Shown here: piece after piece, positions 31,401 through 40,236 of the stretch
Layout of the letters: every line of letters starts with the position of its first letter
How positions within the stretch are numbered: the stretch's first letter is position 1
DNA from: an uncultured Nitrososphaerota archaeon
Lineage (GTDB): Archaea; Thermoproteota; Nitrososphaeria; Conexivisphaerales; DTJL01
Direction of reading: 5' to 3'
Assembly (NCBI GenBank): GCA_963842885.1
Contig: CAWJIE010000005.1
Coordinates: forward strand, 320,001 to 384,000
DNA length: 64,000 nt
Notes under the pieces: generated by a model
Told to the model about the DNA's origin: nothing
Seen by the model: the letters and a program-made list of their open reading frames with translations, nothing else
The model's database searches: none
Translations under genes and position numbers: made by a program

Positions 31401-33405
31401 CATCGCTGGCAGGAACGGGAGGTTCGTGCACGTCGGCCAGTCATACGGCGTCATGGGATACGACAACTTCGCCCTCTACTGCCTCCCCGTCGCGGAAGCT
31501 ACGGCTGCCCTGGGGCGATACTCCATCGGGAAGACCATAGATAAGGCGAAGGAGCTGGGCGTGGAGGTCCTCTACGGCGACTCTGTCGCCGGCGATTCCG
31601 TCGTCTGGGTCAAGGAGCCGGCCGGGGTCCACGCGACGCGGATTGAGAACCTGTTCGGCTGGCCTTTGGGCACGACGATTGACGGAAAGGAGTATTTCAT
31701 GCCTCGCGAACTGAGCGTCCTGACGTTGGACGATGCCGGCAGGGCGGTCTTCAAGCCGGTCAAGCACGTGATGAGGCACCTGACCAAGAAGAGACTCTAC
31801 CGATTGAGCCTCACCAACAGGCTGGCCCTCACGGTCACAGAGGACCATAGCCTGATTAGCCTCCCACCCCGCCGCGGCAAGGAGAGCCACGCGAAATCGC
31901 TCAAGTTCGTCGAGATCAAGCCCACTGAGGTAGGGCGGCGGGTCAAGGAGCTGATTGCTCTCACGCGAGTCCCGCTCGAGAAGGTCGCCGTGCGGGGTTA
32001 TCCCAGGGAGGTCTACGAATTTCTGGGCTCCTTCGTCGGTTCTGGGAGGTTCCAGTGGACCGAGGGACGCGTGGGATCGAAGCTCGACGGATACGTCATC
32101 CCGGCCGGGTCGGACGCGAAGGCCCTCCTCTCCCTGGTCGCCAAGCTAAAGGAGGGGGGGTGGGTCGAGGATTACGCCCTTCAGGGCAGTCCCGGGGAGA
32201 TCGCGATCCGAGGAGGGAAGCTTACCATACTTCTCATGGAGCTGGCCGAGGCTTTCGGCCAGACCAAGGTCCCCTTTTTCATCTTCAACGAATCGGAGGA
32301 GAACGTTGCCTCGTTCCTCAGGGGCATCTTCGGCCTCGAAGGTTCGCTCTTGCTGGTGAAAGGCGGTCGCGTGGCGAGGCTCTCCAGCCCGAGGGCCTGT
32401 ATCCCCGACGGAATCAGGGAGCTTCTCTGGCGCCTGGGGATGCCCTCCTCCACTTACTATACCGTCATCGTGAAGAAGGACGGCACTTCTGGGTCGCCTC
32501 TGTTCTGGCTGGAGATGGAGGATGCACAGGCCCTATTCGAGAAGGTCGGCTTTCTCGACTCCAAGGCCAAGAGGAGGCTGCAGAAAGCTTCGCTTCGCGG
32601 CGCCCGGGCGGAGCGCGAAGGCGACTTCGTGCGCGTCGGCGTCATGGACGTCACGGAGGTCAAGGGGGATAGCTACGTCTACGATCTGGAGGTCGAAGGG
32701 AGTCACCGCTTCTTCGCCAACGGGATCCTCTGCCACAATACAGACTCGGTCTTCCTGAGGGCCCCTAGCCCAGAGCAGCTGGACCTGATCTTGGCCTGGG
32801 CCAGGAAGGAGCTGGGGATAGACCTGGAGGTGGACAAGGTCTACAGGTATGCCGCGTTCAGCAGCCGGAAGAAGAACTACGCGGCCGTCTACCCTGATGG
32901 CTCTCTTGAAGTGAAGGGTTTGACCGGCAAGAAGAGCAATGTGCCCCAGTTCATCAAGCGCACGTTCAAGGACGTCCTCAAGGTGCTGTCGGACGTCAAG
33001 AACCCCGACGAGTTCACAGCTGCTAGGGAGAACATCCGCCAGATGCTCCGAGACACATACCTCAGGCTGAAGAGGAGGGAGATCCCGATGGAGGACCTCG
33101 CCTTCCATGTCATGATGAGCAAGGCGGTGGACCGATACACGGAGAACACACCGCAGCACGTCAAGGCGGCTCAGCTACTCTTGGGAAGAGGGAGGGAGAT
33201 GAAGCCCGGCGACGTCATCTCTTTCGTCAAGACCACCAACGGCGTGGGAGTCAAGCCCGTGGAACTGGCCAAGCCTGAGGACATAGACGTGGACAAGTAC
33301 GTGGAGTACATGAGGGGCACCTTCGACCAGCTCCTGGACAGCCTAGGCTACGACTTCGACGAGATCTTGGGCGCCACGAAACTGGAAGACTTCTTCGGCT
33401 TCTGA
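28408..33405 (+). CDS. polB: Family B DNA polymerase (PolB1 type) with two inteins
   Basis: DIEV exonuclease I, FNGDEFD, DFASLYPS, KVFLNA/SYG, YGD/TDS, KKNY; GGAGG Shine-Dalgarno before ATG 28408. Confidence 0.95.
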   Translation: MPTSGDIAASLKELEMGNDDIPTSILLGAGYDGEKRLAFLEFYEPSSQRIFHYYDKSGHMPYCFTKEPLEELAFLKQRKDVVDVHTEEKMDLINDKRILVSKIVTSDPLAIGGATNERSIRNTITAYEADIKYYENYLYDNQLQVGSFYSVREGKVIPEVMETAAGVEDALHKSLEGSTPPLSDYIRNWALLLTQPQPEIKRAAIDIEVYSPVESRIPDPEKAEYQIISVALAGSDGKKVVYVLERPGLELGPDRVPPDVEKRFFKTEPELLLSMYEDLLTYPVVITFNGDEFDLPYLYQRSLNMNIPKESIPITRGNQMASIRHGIHIDLYRAFNNRSIQIYAFSNKYSEHTLNGVASGLLGREKVEIDVPIGELLLNELAYYNYVDSELTLDLTRFDNDVFMKLFITICRISKMPLEDASRLNVSNWIRSLMIFEHRRWNALVPRREDLEGKGGASSEAIIKGKKYKGGFVVDPKPGVHFNVVVLDFASLYPSLIKVYNLSYETVRCVHPECRDNLIPETDHWVCTKRKGMTSLLIGSLRDVRVGYFKSLSKRPGLTKADKEFFNVISQALKVFLNACFTGDTDIVTPDGIKNIREMKVGDRVVNVNPETMEIDIDRVIEVQEFPYRGEMYHFNDRRFVDLMVTPNHRFLTTNGKGKKPVFRAAEEIFKATDIAIPKIKPRIDTEPPTRLSFLQTAKNIGAMAAFYPGAERPHFWFAKLPEDFKLKLRKNKVPDEKGSKLVGGARPFFRVPARELTENDIDRAEAIGGSVFFSQPKCFKVPARLETEDFAALCGWFVSEGSLFSNTPKLYADGGHRGSSQGITVSQSYGRGNPNGDSYRNEIGRLLDRLGLKHDADPGGKRYFRIASSVLHEWMLSNCYMAGTLHHTSISKRVPRFVFESERNMKAFLDAAYMGDGSAKQCCYTTNSRRLAEDMVVLTSLLGAKSKIKRDGNVYRVVFKNVSSKLTYAGAETRKYVRKVPFDGTVYCVTTEKNHTVIAGRNGRFVHVGQSYGVMGYDNFALYCLPVAEATAALGRYSIGKTIDKAKELGVEVLYGDSVAGDSVVWVKEPAGVHATRIENLFGWPLGTTIDGKEYFMPRELSVLTLDDAGRAVFKPVKHVMRHLTKKRLYRLSLTNRLALTVTEDHSLISLPPRRGKESHAKSLKFVEIKPTEVGRRVKELIALTRVPLEKVAVRGYPREVYEFLGSFVGSGRFQWTEGRVGSKLDGYVIPAGSDAKALLSLVAKLKEGGWVEDYALQGSPGEIAIRGGKLTILLMELAEAFGQTKVPFFIFNESEENVASFLRGIFGLEGSLLLVKGGRVARLSSPRACIPDGIRELLWRLGMPSSTYYTVIVKKDGTSGSPLFWLEMEDAQALFEKVGFLDSKAKRRLQKASLRGARAEREGDFVRVGVMDVTEVKGDSYVYDLEVEGSHRFFANGILCHNTDSVFLRAPSPEQLDLILAWARKELGIDLEVDKVYRYAAFSSRKKNYAAVYPDGSLEVKGLTGKKSNVPQFIKRTFKDVLKVLSDVKNPDEFTAARENIRQMLRDTYLRLKRREIPMEDLAFHVMMSKAVDRYTENTPQHVKAAQLLLGRGREMKPGDVISFVKTTNGVGVKPVELAKPEDIDVDKYVEYMRGTFDQLLDSLGYDFDEILGATKLEDFFGF
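30145..31440 (+). mobile_element. Intein 1 in PolB (432 aa), LAGLIDADG-type, C-terminal Gln
   Basis: Starts CFTGDT, block B VTPNH, GWFVSEG and FLDAAYMGDG, ends HVGQ before Ser. Confidence 0.9.
31582..32739 (+). mobile_element. Intein 2 in PolB (386 aa) at the YGD/TDS catalytic motif
   Basis: Starts SVAGDS, VTEDHS, VYDLEV...FFANGILCHN before Thr. Confidence 0.92.
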
Positions 33406-33652
33406 GAACTGTCCCTTCTAGCCGCCATCTCCAGAATGCTGTTCGTCCGCCCCTTGCACCGGCAGCTATCGCGATGCCCCTTCCGTCGCCCGGCCTTTCT
33501 CCGCCAGCCCGTCTAATGCCCTGTCTAGGTCACAAGCGGCAGAGATCAGCCCCAGTTGGGTGAAGGCCTGGAGGAGGTTGCCGAGGGCCTCTCCAGTCTG
33601 TCCGGACAGAGCTTCAAGGATTCCGCTTAAATAACAATGGAGATGAAGGCGC

Positions 33653-34552
33653 ATGCCTAGAGGAGTTGCATCAACCTTGAGCTATTCCGACCTGTTCTTG
33701 AACCCCGAGCCCAACGTGTCGTACAGGGTCGAAGGCAAGAAGCCCATCAGCAAGGTCTTCGGCGTGCCCTATGACGCCACCAGCAGTTTCAAGCCGGGCT
33801 CCCGGTTCGGGCCCAACGCCCTGAGGGAGGCCTTCACAAAGATCGAGGTCTACGATCCCGGGCTGGACGTGGACGCCGAGAAGCTCCCCGTGGAGGACCT
33901 GGGCAACCTCCAGATGACCTCCACGCCGCAGGAGATGGTGGACGCCGTATCGAAGGTCACCGAGGAGATAGTCTCCGAAGGATTCGTGCCTGGCGTCATA
34001 GGAGGGGAGCACACTCTCACCTACGGGACCTTCAGCGCCATGCCGCCCAACACGCACCTTCTGATCTTCGATGCCCACTTCGACCTGCGATCGAACCTCT
34101 ACGGCTGGGAGCTGGGCCATGGCACATTTCTCAGGCGGCTGACCGAGAGGATAGGATACGACAAAGTCATCCACATCGGGGGAAGGTCCGCCTCCAAGGA
34201 GGAGTGGAGCTTGGTGAAATCAGAGAAGATGAAGACTATCTCGAGCGCCGAAATCGGCAGGCCGAAGTACCTCGACAAGTTCAGGTACCTCATGACCACG
34301 CCCAGGAAGCTCTACGTGTCCGTGGACCTCGACATCTTGGACCCGGCTTTCATGCCTGGGACGGGGACCCCAGAGCCCGGGGGCATAACCAGCAGGGAGC
34401 TCCTGAGCATGCTGGAGATCTTGAAGGGGATGGACATCGTCGGGTTCGACGTCGTCGAGCTGAACCCCATGGTGGACCCCTATGGCATATCCTCCGCGAC
34501 CGCGGCGAAGATATTCAGCCTCCTGCTTTCTCTTGTGAGCCTGATGAAGTAG
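33653..34552 (+). CDS. speB: Agmatinase
   Basis: GSRFGP, GGEHT, DAHFD, DLDILDP, PEPGG. Confidence 0.9.
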   Translation: MPRGVASTLSYSDLFLNPEPNVSYRVEGKKPISKVFGVPYDATSSFKPGSRFGPNALREAFTKIEVYDPGLDVDAEKLPVEDLGNLQMTSTPQEMVDAVSKVTEEIVSEGFVPGVIGGEHTLTYGTFSAMPPNTHLLIFDAHFDLRSNLYGWELGHGTFLRRLTERIGYDKVIHIGGRSASKEEWSLVKSEKMKTISSAEIGRPKYLDKFRYLMTTPRKLYVSVDLDILDPAFMPGTGTPEPGGITSRELLSMLEILKGMDIVGFDVVELNPMVDPYGISSATAAKIFSLLLSLVSLMK

Positions 34553-34556
34553 CCTA

Positions 34557-36435
34557 TCATGAGCCTTCCTTCGGCGAGAAGGCGGGCCTAAGGGACACGA
34601 GCCTGGGCAGGGGCACCGGCTTGAACGGCTTCCCGGCGACCTGACCCTGGACCTCGGCGACCAGTTCTTCGAGCGTCATTTCGCGCATCTTGCCAATCCG
34701 CCTGTCCCTGACGTTGAGTTTCCCTCCCGATGCCTCCCTCGAGCCCAGGACCAGGATGTAGCGCACCCATTCCCTCTCGGCGTCGCGGATCTTCCTGCCG
34801 ACCGTCTCATCCCTGTCGTCGATGTCGACCCTGATCGAAGAGGCCTCGAGCCTTTCCGCGGTGGAGGCTGCGAACGCAGCGAACTCCTTGTTCAGCGGTA
34901 TGACCCTCACCTGCGTCGGCGTGAGCCACAACGGGAAGTCGGGGACCTCTCCCCTGGCCTGCGCCGTGGCCGCCTTCTCTAGCAACACGTACACGATGCG
35001 TTCGATGGCACCGCTGGGGGAGCAGTGGAGTATCACGGGATGTTTCTTGGTCCCGTCCTCGTCCACATATTCGATTCCGTACCGCTCGCCGTTCTCCACA
35101 TCAATCTGGTCGGTGGAGAGCGCCGATGCCTTGTTCAGGTTGTCGATGAAGTTGAGCTCGTACTTCAGGACGAAGTAGAAGAACCGCTCCTCCCACATCT
35201 CGGCTAGGACGGGCTTCCCGAACTTCTTCACTAGCGACACCACGAACTCCCTGTTCTGCTCGAAGAACTCCCTCGTGAAGCGGATGGCCATCTCCACGTC
35301 GCCCGATGGAGATCCCTGCGCCCCCAAGCGTGTCAAGGCACAGGTCCAGCCGGATGCTCATCTCACTCTTCGCCATATCGAAGTCCTTGACGAGGGCGTG
35401 GCAGTCGGGCATCGTGAAGGCCCTGAGCCTCCGGAGTCCGACGACCTCTCCGCTCTTCTCCCTCCTGAAGCTGTACCGCGTGAGCTCGTAGAGCTTGAGC
35501 GGGAGGTGCTTGTAGGAGATCCGGGCGTCCTTGGCCATGAGGAATTGCCCGAAGCAGGCGGCGAACCGAAGGAAGAGCTCCTTGTCCTCCGACTTGACCA
35601 GGTACTGCCTCGCAGGGAACCTGTTGAGGTAGGATTCGAGCGCCGGGTGGTGCATGTCGTACATTATGGGGGTCTCCACCTCGACGCCTCCGTAGGCCTG
35701 GACCTTGCCCGTGACATAGCTCTCGAGGAGTGACTTCATCATGCGCCCCTTCGGGTACCACCGCAGGTTGCCCACGTCCGACCCTTCTTCGTAGTCGGCA
35801 ATGGCCAGCCTCTGCATCAGGAGCACATGAGGAGGGACTTGAGTGACAGCGCGCGACTTGGCCATCTCGTAGTCTGCGAGCTTCTTCAGCTTCTCCCTCC
35901 CTGCGAAGTCGTAGTCCTTTGCGGGGACGAGGTCACCCTCAGGGGTGAGGATGTACCAGAACGAACGAAGCTTCTCCTCCGCCGCGACCGCCTTGGGGAC
36001 GAGCTGCTTCTCTTCGCCGGCCTCGGCCTTGATGAGCTTGAACTGCTCTGCCATGGCATGGCCCTTGACCTTGATGTCGAAGCCCTTGGTCCAGCCGAAC
36101 GGCGACTCATAGACCTCGAAGCCCTTAGATCCGAGACCCTCGGCGACCGAGCTAAGCAGCGGAATGGCGTCGGCGGGCGAGGCCAGGTCCCCGCTCAAAT
36201 GGGCATAGGGATAAACAAGGATTCTATTCGCCTTCAGGTTGGCGGCTGAGTCGGCCAAGGCATCGACAGCCTTCGAGACCTCGGCTTCGCCGTCGGCCTT
36301 CTCGACCGAGACGAAGGCGACAACCAGATCTTCGAGATGGACCTTCTCTTTCCCTTCGACTTGCTGGGCGGCTCCGATCTCCTTCTTCACAGGCTCGTAG
36401 TCGAACCAGTCAGCGTGAAGCTGAAGTATCCTCAA
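34557..36435 (-). CDS. thrS: Threonine--tRNA ligase with archaeal N-terminal editing domain (frameshift near 35305)
   Basis: MRILQLH, YPYAHLS, PFGW, LRFAACFGQF, RAFTMPDCH, HCSPSGAIER. Confidence 0.93.
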
Positions 36436-36683
36436 ATCGCGTTCACCCGGGAATCCTTGCCGGATGCTCGCGCACCACTGAACGGCCTGAACCTGGCCTT
36501 CTCTATCTCCCTGTCCTGCTTTGTCTCCTTCTTGAACTGCTTGTAATGGTCCTTGCAGAGGTTCGCCCTGTGCGAGGAGGTCCTGACCTTGAGCGTTGTT
36601 CCACCGAGATTCTTGGCGCTAATCGATCTCTTGGCTGGCTCGTTACAGCCTTCGATGCCGCATGTCTCGACTTTCGGGCTCAT
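36432..36683 (-). CDS. Small Zn-binding hypothetical protein
   Basis: CGIEGC...LCKDHYK; overlaps thrS start. Confidence 0.65.
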   Translation of the reverse strand: MSPKVETCGIEGCNEPAKRSISAKNLGGTTLKVRTSSHRANLCKDHYKQFKKETKQDREIEKARFRPFSGARASGKDSRVNAI

Positions 36684-36814
36684 CGGATTATTCGCCTCTT
36701 CGTTTCCTTCTCCTCACTGATAAAGTTAAGTCCTTTCCATGATGATGGCAGGCCATCAACAAGGTTAATAGCGCCCTTTCGTGGCGCTATCATTGAAGCA
36801 CGAGGGAGTTAAGT

Positions 36815-37375
36815 GTGGTCCTTACCAGGCTGAGACAGTCGATCAAGCCCGCCGTGGACTCAGTCGGTCGTGCCTGCGCCTCCGTCCTTCCATACCCGAA
36901 CGCCTGGACGACGATGGGTGCGGTTTTCGCCCTGTTCTCCGGTCTCTCCTTCTACTACGGGAGGCTCCAGCTGGGCGGCGTCTTCATCCTCCTCTCCGGC
37001 CTGACGGACGTGCTGGACGGCGCGGTCGCGCGTGCGACCGGGAAGGTTAGCGGGAAGGGCGGGTTCCTGGACAGCAACCTCGACCGGCTGGCCGAGGTCT
37101 TCATCTACGCCGGGATAGTTGGCTCGGCCGTCGTCGACCCACTTCTCTCATTCTTGGCCCTTTCCTTCTCACTCCTCGTGAGCTACAGCCGCTCAAAGGC
37201 AGAGGGCCTGGGGGTGAAAGCCGAAGGCGTAGGAGTGGGAGAAAGGGCGGAACGGCTCCTGGTGCTGGCGGTGGCCAGCCTCTTCGGGTTCATGCTCTAC
37301 GGAGTGGCCATCGTGTTGGCCTTGGCCTCCATAACGTTCGTGCAGAGGGTCTACGTCTACTCTTCAAGGCTTTAG
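36815..37375 (+). CDS. pgsA: CDP-alcohol phosphatidyltransferase (archaetidylinositol phosphate synthase-like)
   Basis: PNAWT, DVLDGAVAR...GGFLDSNLDR, SYSRSKAE, ERAER. Confidence 0.88.
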   Translation: MVLTRLRQSIKPAVDSVGRACASVLPYPNAWTTMGAVFALFSGLSFYYGRLQLGGVFILLSGLTDVLDGAVARATGKVSGKGGFLDSNLDRLAEVFIYAGIVGSAVVDPLLSFLALSFSLLVSYSRSKAEGLGVKAEGVGVGERAERLLVLAVASLFGFMLYGVAIVLALASITFVQRVYVYSSRL

Positions 37376-37378
37376 CTT
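37364..37378 (+). repeat. attL core, 15 bp direct repeat TCAAGGCTTTAGCTT
   Basis: Identical to 48547-48561; lies 48 bp before the integrase start. Confidence 0.85.
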
Positions 37379-37426
37379 AAGACCGCGAGGACTCTTGCAA
37401 ACGATTTACAGATGCGGTGAGAGAGG

Positions 37427-38485
37427 ATGGACAAGGTAGACGAAGCGCTCCAATACGTCCGGGCCAAGGCCACGAGGGACGCCTACAGGAGGAGCATCGA
37501 GGTCTTCCTGGAGGAGGAGGGCATGAACCAGGAAGCGTTCCTGGAGCTGGCGGGGAAGGACCCCAGGGCGGCGTCGGCCAGGATAGTGGCCTCCGTCAGG
37601 GCCATGTCGGCCAGGGGGGTCGGGGCCTCGGGCGTGGCGGGCCGCTTCTGCGCCATCAGGGCCTTCCTGGACTACAGCGACGTCGACGGGCTCAACTGGA
37701 AGAAGCTCAGGAAGGTCCTCCCGGCCAGGCCCGGGCATGGGGACGACAGGGCGCCGACCCTGGAGGAGATCAGGAGGATCCTCAAGGTGTGCGGCCTCCG
37801 GATGAGGGCCTGCATCCTGATCATGGCCTCGAGCGGGGTGAGGATCGGCTCCTTCGACTACTTCCTCCTCCGGGACTTCGAAGCCGTCAGGGAAGGGGGG
37901 AGGGTCCTGGCCGGCAGGCTGACGGTCTACAGGGGAGAGCACGAAGAGTATTCGACGTACGTCTCCGCCGAGGCCGTGGAGGCCATCGAGGACTACCAGG
38001 AGCTCCGGAGGAGGGGAGGGGAGACGCTGGGCCCGAACTCCCCCCTGGTCAGGGACGAGTGGGACTGGAGGGACGGCGACGTCCTCAAGCCAAAGAGGTT
38101 GAACACGATCGCGTTGAACAAGGGCCTCCAGGTCGTCCTGGAGAAGGCCGGCCTCAAGCAGAGGGAGTTCAAGCAGGCCCACGGCTTCAGGAAGTTCTTC
38201 AAGACCAGGGCGGAGCAGGCCATGAAGAGCGCCTACGTCGAGATCCTGATGGGCCACTCCCTGGGCGTGACGGACTCCTATCTCAAGCCCACGGAGAAGG
38301 AGCTCCTGGGCGAGTACCTCAAGGCCGCGCCCCTCCTCACCATCACGGAGGCGGACGAGCTCAAGAGGGAGCTTTCGAAGAAGGACGAAGAGGTCTCGAC
38401 CCTGAGGAGGGAAGTCTCGAGCATAGCGACGACCCTGCAGCTGATGCAGCTGGAGCTCCAGGAGCTCCGAAGGCGGAAGGGTTGA
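37427..38485 (+). CDS. Tyrosine recombinase/integrase with C-terminal coiled coil
   Basis: SSGVRIG (R), HGFRKFF (HxxR), LMGH...SYL (H, Y). Confidence 0.92.
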   Translation: MDKVDEALQYVRAKATRDAYRRSIEVFLEEEGMNQEAFLELAGKDPRAASARIVASVRAMSARGVGASGVAGRFCAIRAFLDYSDVDGLNWKKLRKVLPARPGHGDDRAPTLEEIRRILKVCGLRMRACILIMASSGVRIGSFDYFLLRDFEAVREGGRVLAGRLTVYRGEHEEYSTYVSAEAVEAIEDYQELRRRGGETLGPNSPLVRDEWDWRDGDVLKPKRLNTIALNKGLQVVLEKAGLKQREFKQAHGFRKFFKTRAEQAMKSAYVEILMGHSLGVTDSYLKPTEKELLGEYLKAAPLLTITEADELKRELSKKDEEVSTLRREVSSIATTLQLMQLELQELRRRKG

Positions 38486-38573
38486 CACTCGTTAGCTAAC
38501 AACCCTCCCGGCCCTGCCGAAGTTAACTAACGAAGATCTCCCCCCTATGTAGGGAGAGTCAGGGGAGGCTTTG

Positions 38574-38602
38574 GGGGAGAGTTCGCTTCGTCAACTCTCC
38601 CC
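38574..38602. terminator. GC-rich hairpin between convergent units
   Basis: Perfect 10 bp stem GGGGAGAGTT/AACTCTCCCC with 9 nt loop. Confidence 0.4.
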
Positions 38603-38662
38603 AGTTAGGTCCCGTCGTCGGCCCTGGGGCCCAGGAGGAGGTCGTAGATGTCGGTCTTGAAC

Positions 38663-38803
38663 TTAGGCAAGCTTCACAGGTTCACCGAGGCCATTCAGTA
38701 TCCAATCGAGGGCGTCGGCCTTCCGTTGCTTCTCTTCAGCGACACTGATCTCTTCCCAGGACATCTCCCGTTCGGGGTTGCGGCCCGTTTTGCGCTTCGC
38801 CAT
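38663..38803 (-). CDS. Small hypothetical protein (46 aa)
   Basis: MAKRKTGRNPEREMSWEE...; starts 6 bp after the upstream stop. Confidence 0.4.
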   Translation of the reverse strand: MAKRKTGRNPEREMSWEEISVAEEKQRKADALDWILNGLGEPVKLA

Positions 38804-38809
38804 CCCAAC

Positions 38810-39058
38810 TCACTTCTGCTCCTCTGCCTTGGCTTTAATGATGAGGCGCTGAACATCGGCGGCATCCATCCACTTGTAGTTGTTCCCTCTCCTCACTTTG
38901 ACCTTCTTGTGCACCTCTTTGATGTGTTTCTCCAGCTTCGTGTCACGGTCCGCCCAGCGGTATATTTCATGGACTAGGAGGGCATCGCAGAAAGGGCACT
39001 GATCGTACTCGACCTGCCCGCCCGGATCCGCGGCTTCCTTCTTTCCGTCTTTGCTCAT
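38810..39058 (-). CDS. C2H2-type zinc-finger protein
   Basis: QCPFCD...LEKHIKEVH; TATA-like motif upstream on minus strand. Confidence 0.65.
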   Translation of the reverse strand: MSKDGKKEAADPGGQVEYDQCPFCDALLVHEIYRWADRDTKLEKHIKEVHKKVKVRRGNNYKWMDAADVQRLIIKAKAEEQK

Positions 39059-39133
39059 GTGCTATCGCAATAAGATAAGATAAGAGAGGATATAAAGATG
39101 TCGCAATTGATTAGTGAAAGCTCCGGGTCATCC

Positions 39134-39310
39134 TCAGTCGACCTTGCGGACGACGAGGACCTTTCGGCCCTCCAGGAAGGAGATCTCCCAATCGAGCCGG
39201 TCCCCCTCCTTCAGGCCGAACTGGCTGATGACCCCAATCGGGACCGTGGTCCTCAGAGACTTCGAGTTGGGGTTGGTCGACGCCTTGACCAAGGAAGTGA
39301 TCTCTCCCAA
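39134..39310 (-). CDS. AbrB/SpoVT/MazE-like regulator (58 aa, missing from ORF track)
   Basis: MGEITSLVKASTNPNSKSLRTTVPIGVISQFGLKEGDRLDWEI, AbrB-type signature. Confidence 0.75.
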   Translation of the reverse strand: MGEITSLVKASTNPNSKSLRTTVPIGVISQFGLKEGDRLDWEISFLEGRKVLVVRKVD

Positions 39311-39383
39311 GATTGTTCGAAGGAAGGTCTGTCGATGGGTCTACTTAAGGGTGCGTCCGTGGGTATACCCTTAAATCTACCCT

Positions 39384-39734
39384 TTGTTATACCCCCTGAT
39401 AGGTGTATCAGAAGGTGTATCAAGGGTGGTAAGAGGAAAGCAGACGCGCGAGCTGCCTACGAAGGACCCCCTGGTTTTCTCCAGGAAGTTCAACGTGTGG
39501 CTGACGAACCAAAACGAGCTCGAGTTGGCGCTGGTCAAGAAGGACATCGGCTCGCTGAGCGATGCCATGGCCCTGAGGTATGCCCTGGGGGAGACTGCCT
39601 TCAGGATCGCGGTGGGGCACTTTGAAAGCGAAAGGCTGGCCAAGGCTCCCCATGACGACTGGATGAAGTTCTACCAGGAGGCCCTCAAGCTGGAGGAAGG
39701 CCTCCACAAGGACCCCACGGTGGCCAGGACATGA
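39384..39734 (+). CDS. Possible ribbon-helix-helix protein (true start probably later)
   Basis: RKFNVWLT strand then helices ELALVKKDIG-SLSDAMALRYAL. Confidence 0.45.
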   Translation: MLYPLIGVSEGVSRVVRGKQTRELPTKDPLVFSRKFNVWLTNQNELELALVKKDIGSLSDAMALRYALGETAFRIAVGHFESERLAKAPHDDWMKFYQEALKLEEGLHKDPTVART

Positions 39735-39898
39735 GGAGACTGACCCGGAAGGGATACGCCCTCCTAGCTCTCCCTGGCCTGATATGGATGGCGGCCTGGT
39801 ACAACGGCCTGGGCCTAGGGACCTCCGCCATGATCGTGATGCTCTCGACAGCCTCAGGGTGGGCGCTTCACAAGGAGTCCAAGGCGGCCAATCCTTGA
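39731..39898 (+). CDS. Small membrane protein (55 aa)
   Basis: MRRLTRKGYALLALPGLIWMAAW...; ATGA and TTGA overlaps with both neighbours. Confidence 0.55.
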   Translation: MRRLTRKGYALLALPGLIWMAAWYNGLGLGTSAMIVMLSTASGWALHKESKAANP

Positions 39899-40167
39899 AG
39901 GTCAAGCTGAACAGGGGCAGTGATGACGAGTTCGAAGTCGGAATCACCCCCCAGGAGAGCGACCTATTGATGGGGCTCAACGAGCGCCTCGCCTCTCTGG
40001 TCAGGTACAAGGAAAAGGCGACGGGGAGAGATCTCACCTCTTCCGAAGTGGACAAGATGGCGGAGGAGGCTTCGGCCAAGGGCCTTAAGGAGGAGGACTT
40101 CGTGAAGGCCCTAGTGAGCGAGGAACAGGATCCTCCAGCTGGCCAGGTCCATCGAAGAGGACTGTGA
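39895..40167 (+). CDS. Hypothetical protein
   Basis: MKVKLNRGSDDEFEVGITP...; coupled to upstream stop. Confidence 0.5.
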   Translation: MKVKLNRGSDDEFEVGITPQESDLLMGLNERLASLVRYKEKATGRDLTSSEVDKMAEEASAKGLKEEDFVKALVSEEQDPPAGQVHRRGL

Positions 40168-40236
40168 CCGGGCCCTCAGACTGATCGATAGGCTCGAGGC
40201 AAAAGAAACGACAAACGAGCCACCGGGGTGAGGGGG

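Noticed and set aside
37330-37430. tRNA gene at the integration site
   Set aside because: No cloverleaf or T-loop motif at either att; both cores lie in protein-coding 3' ends. No tRNA or rRNA was recognised in the window.
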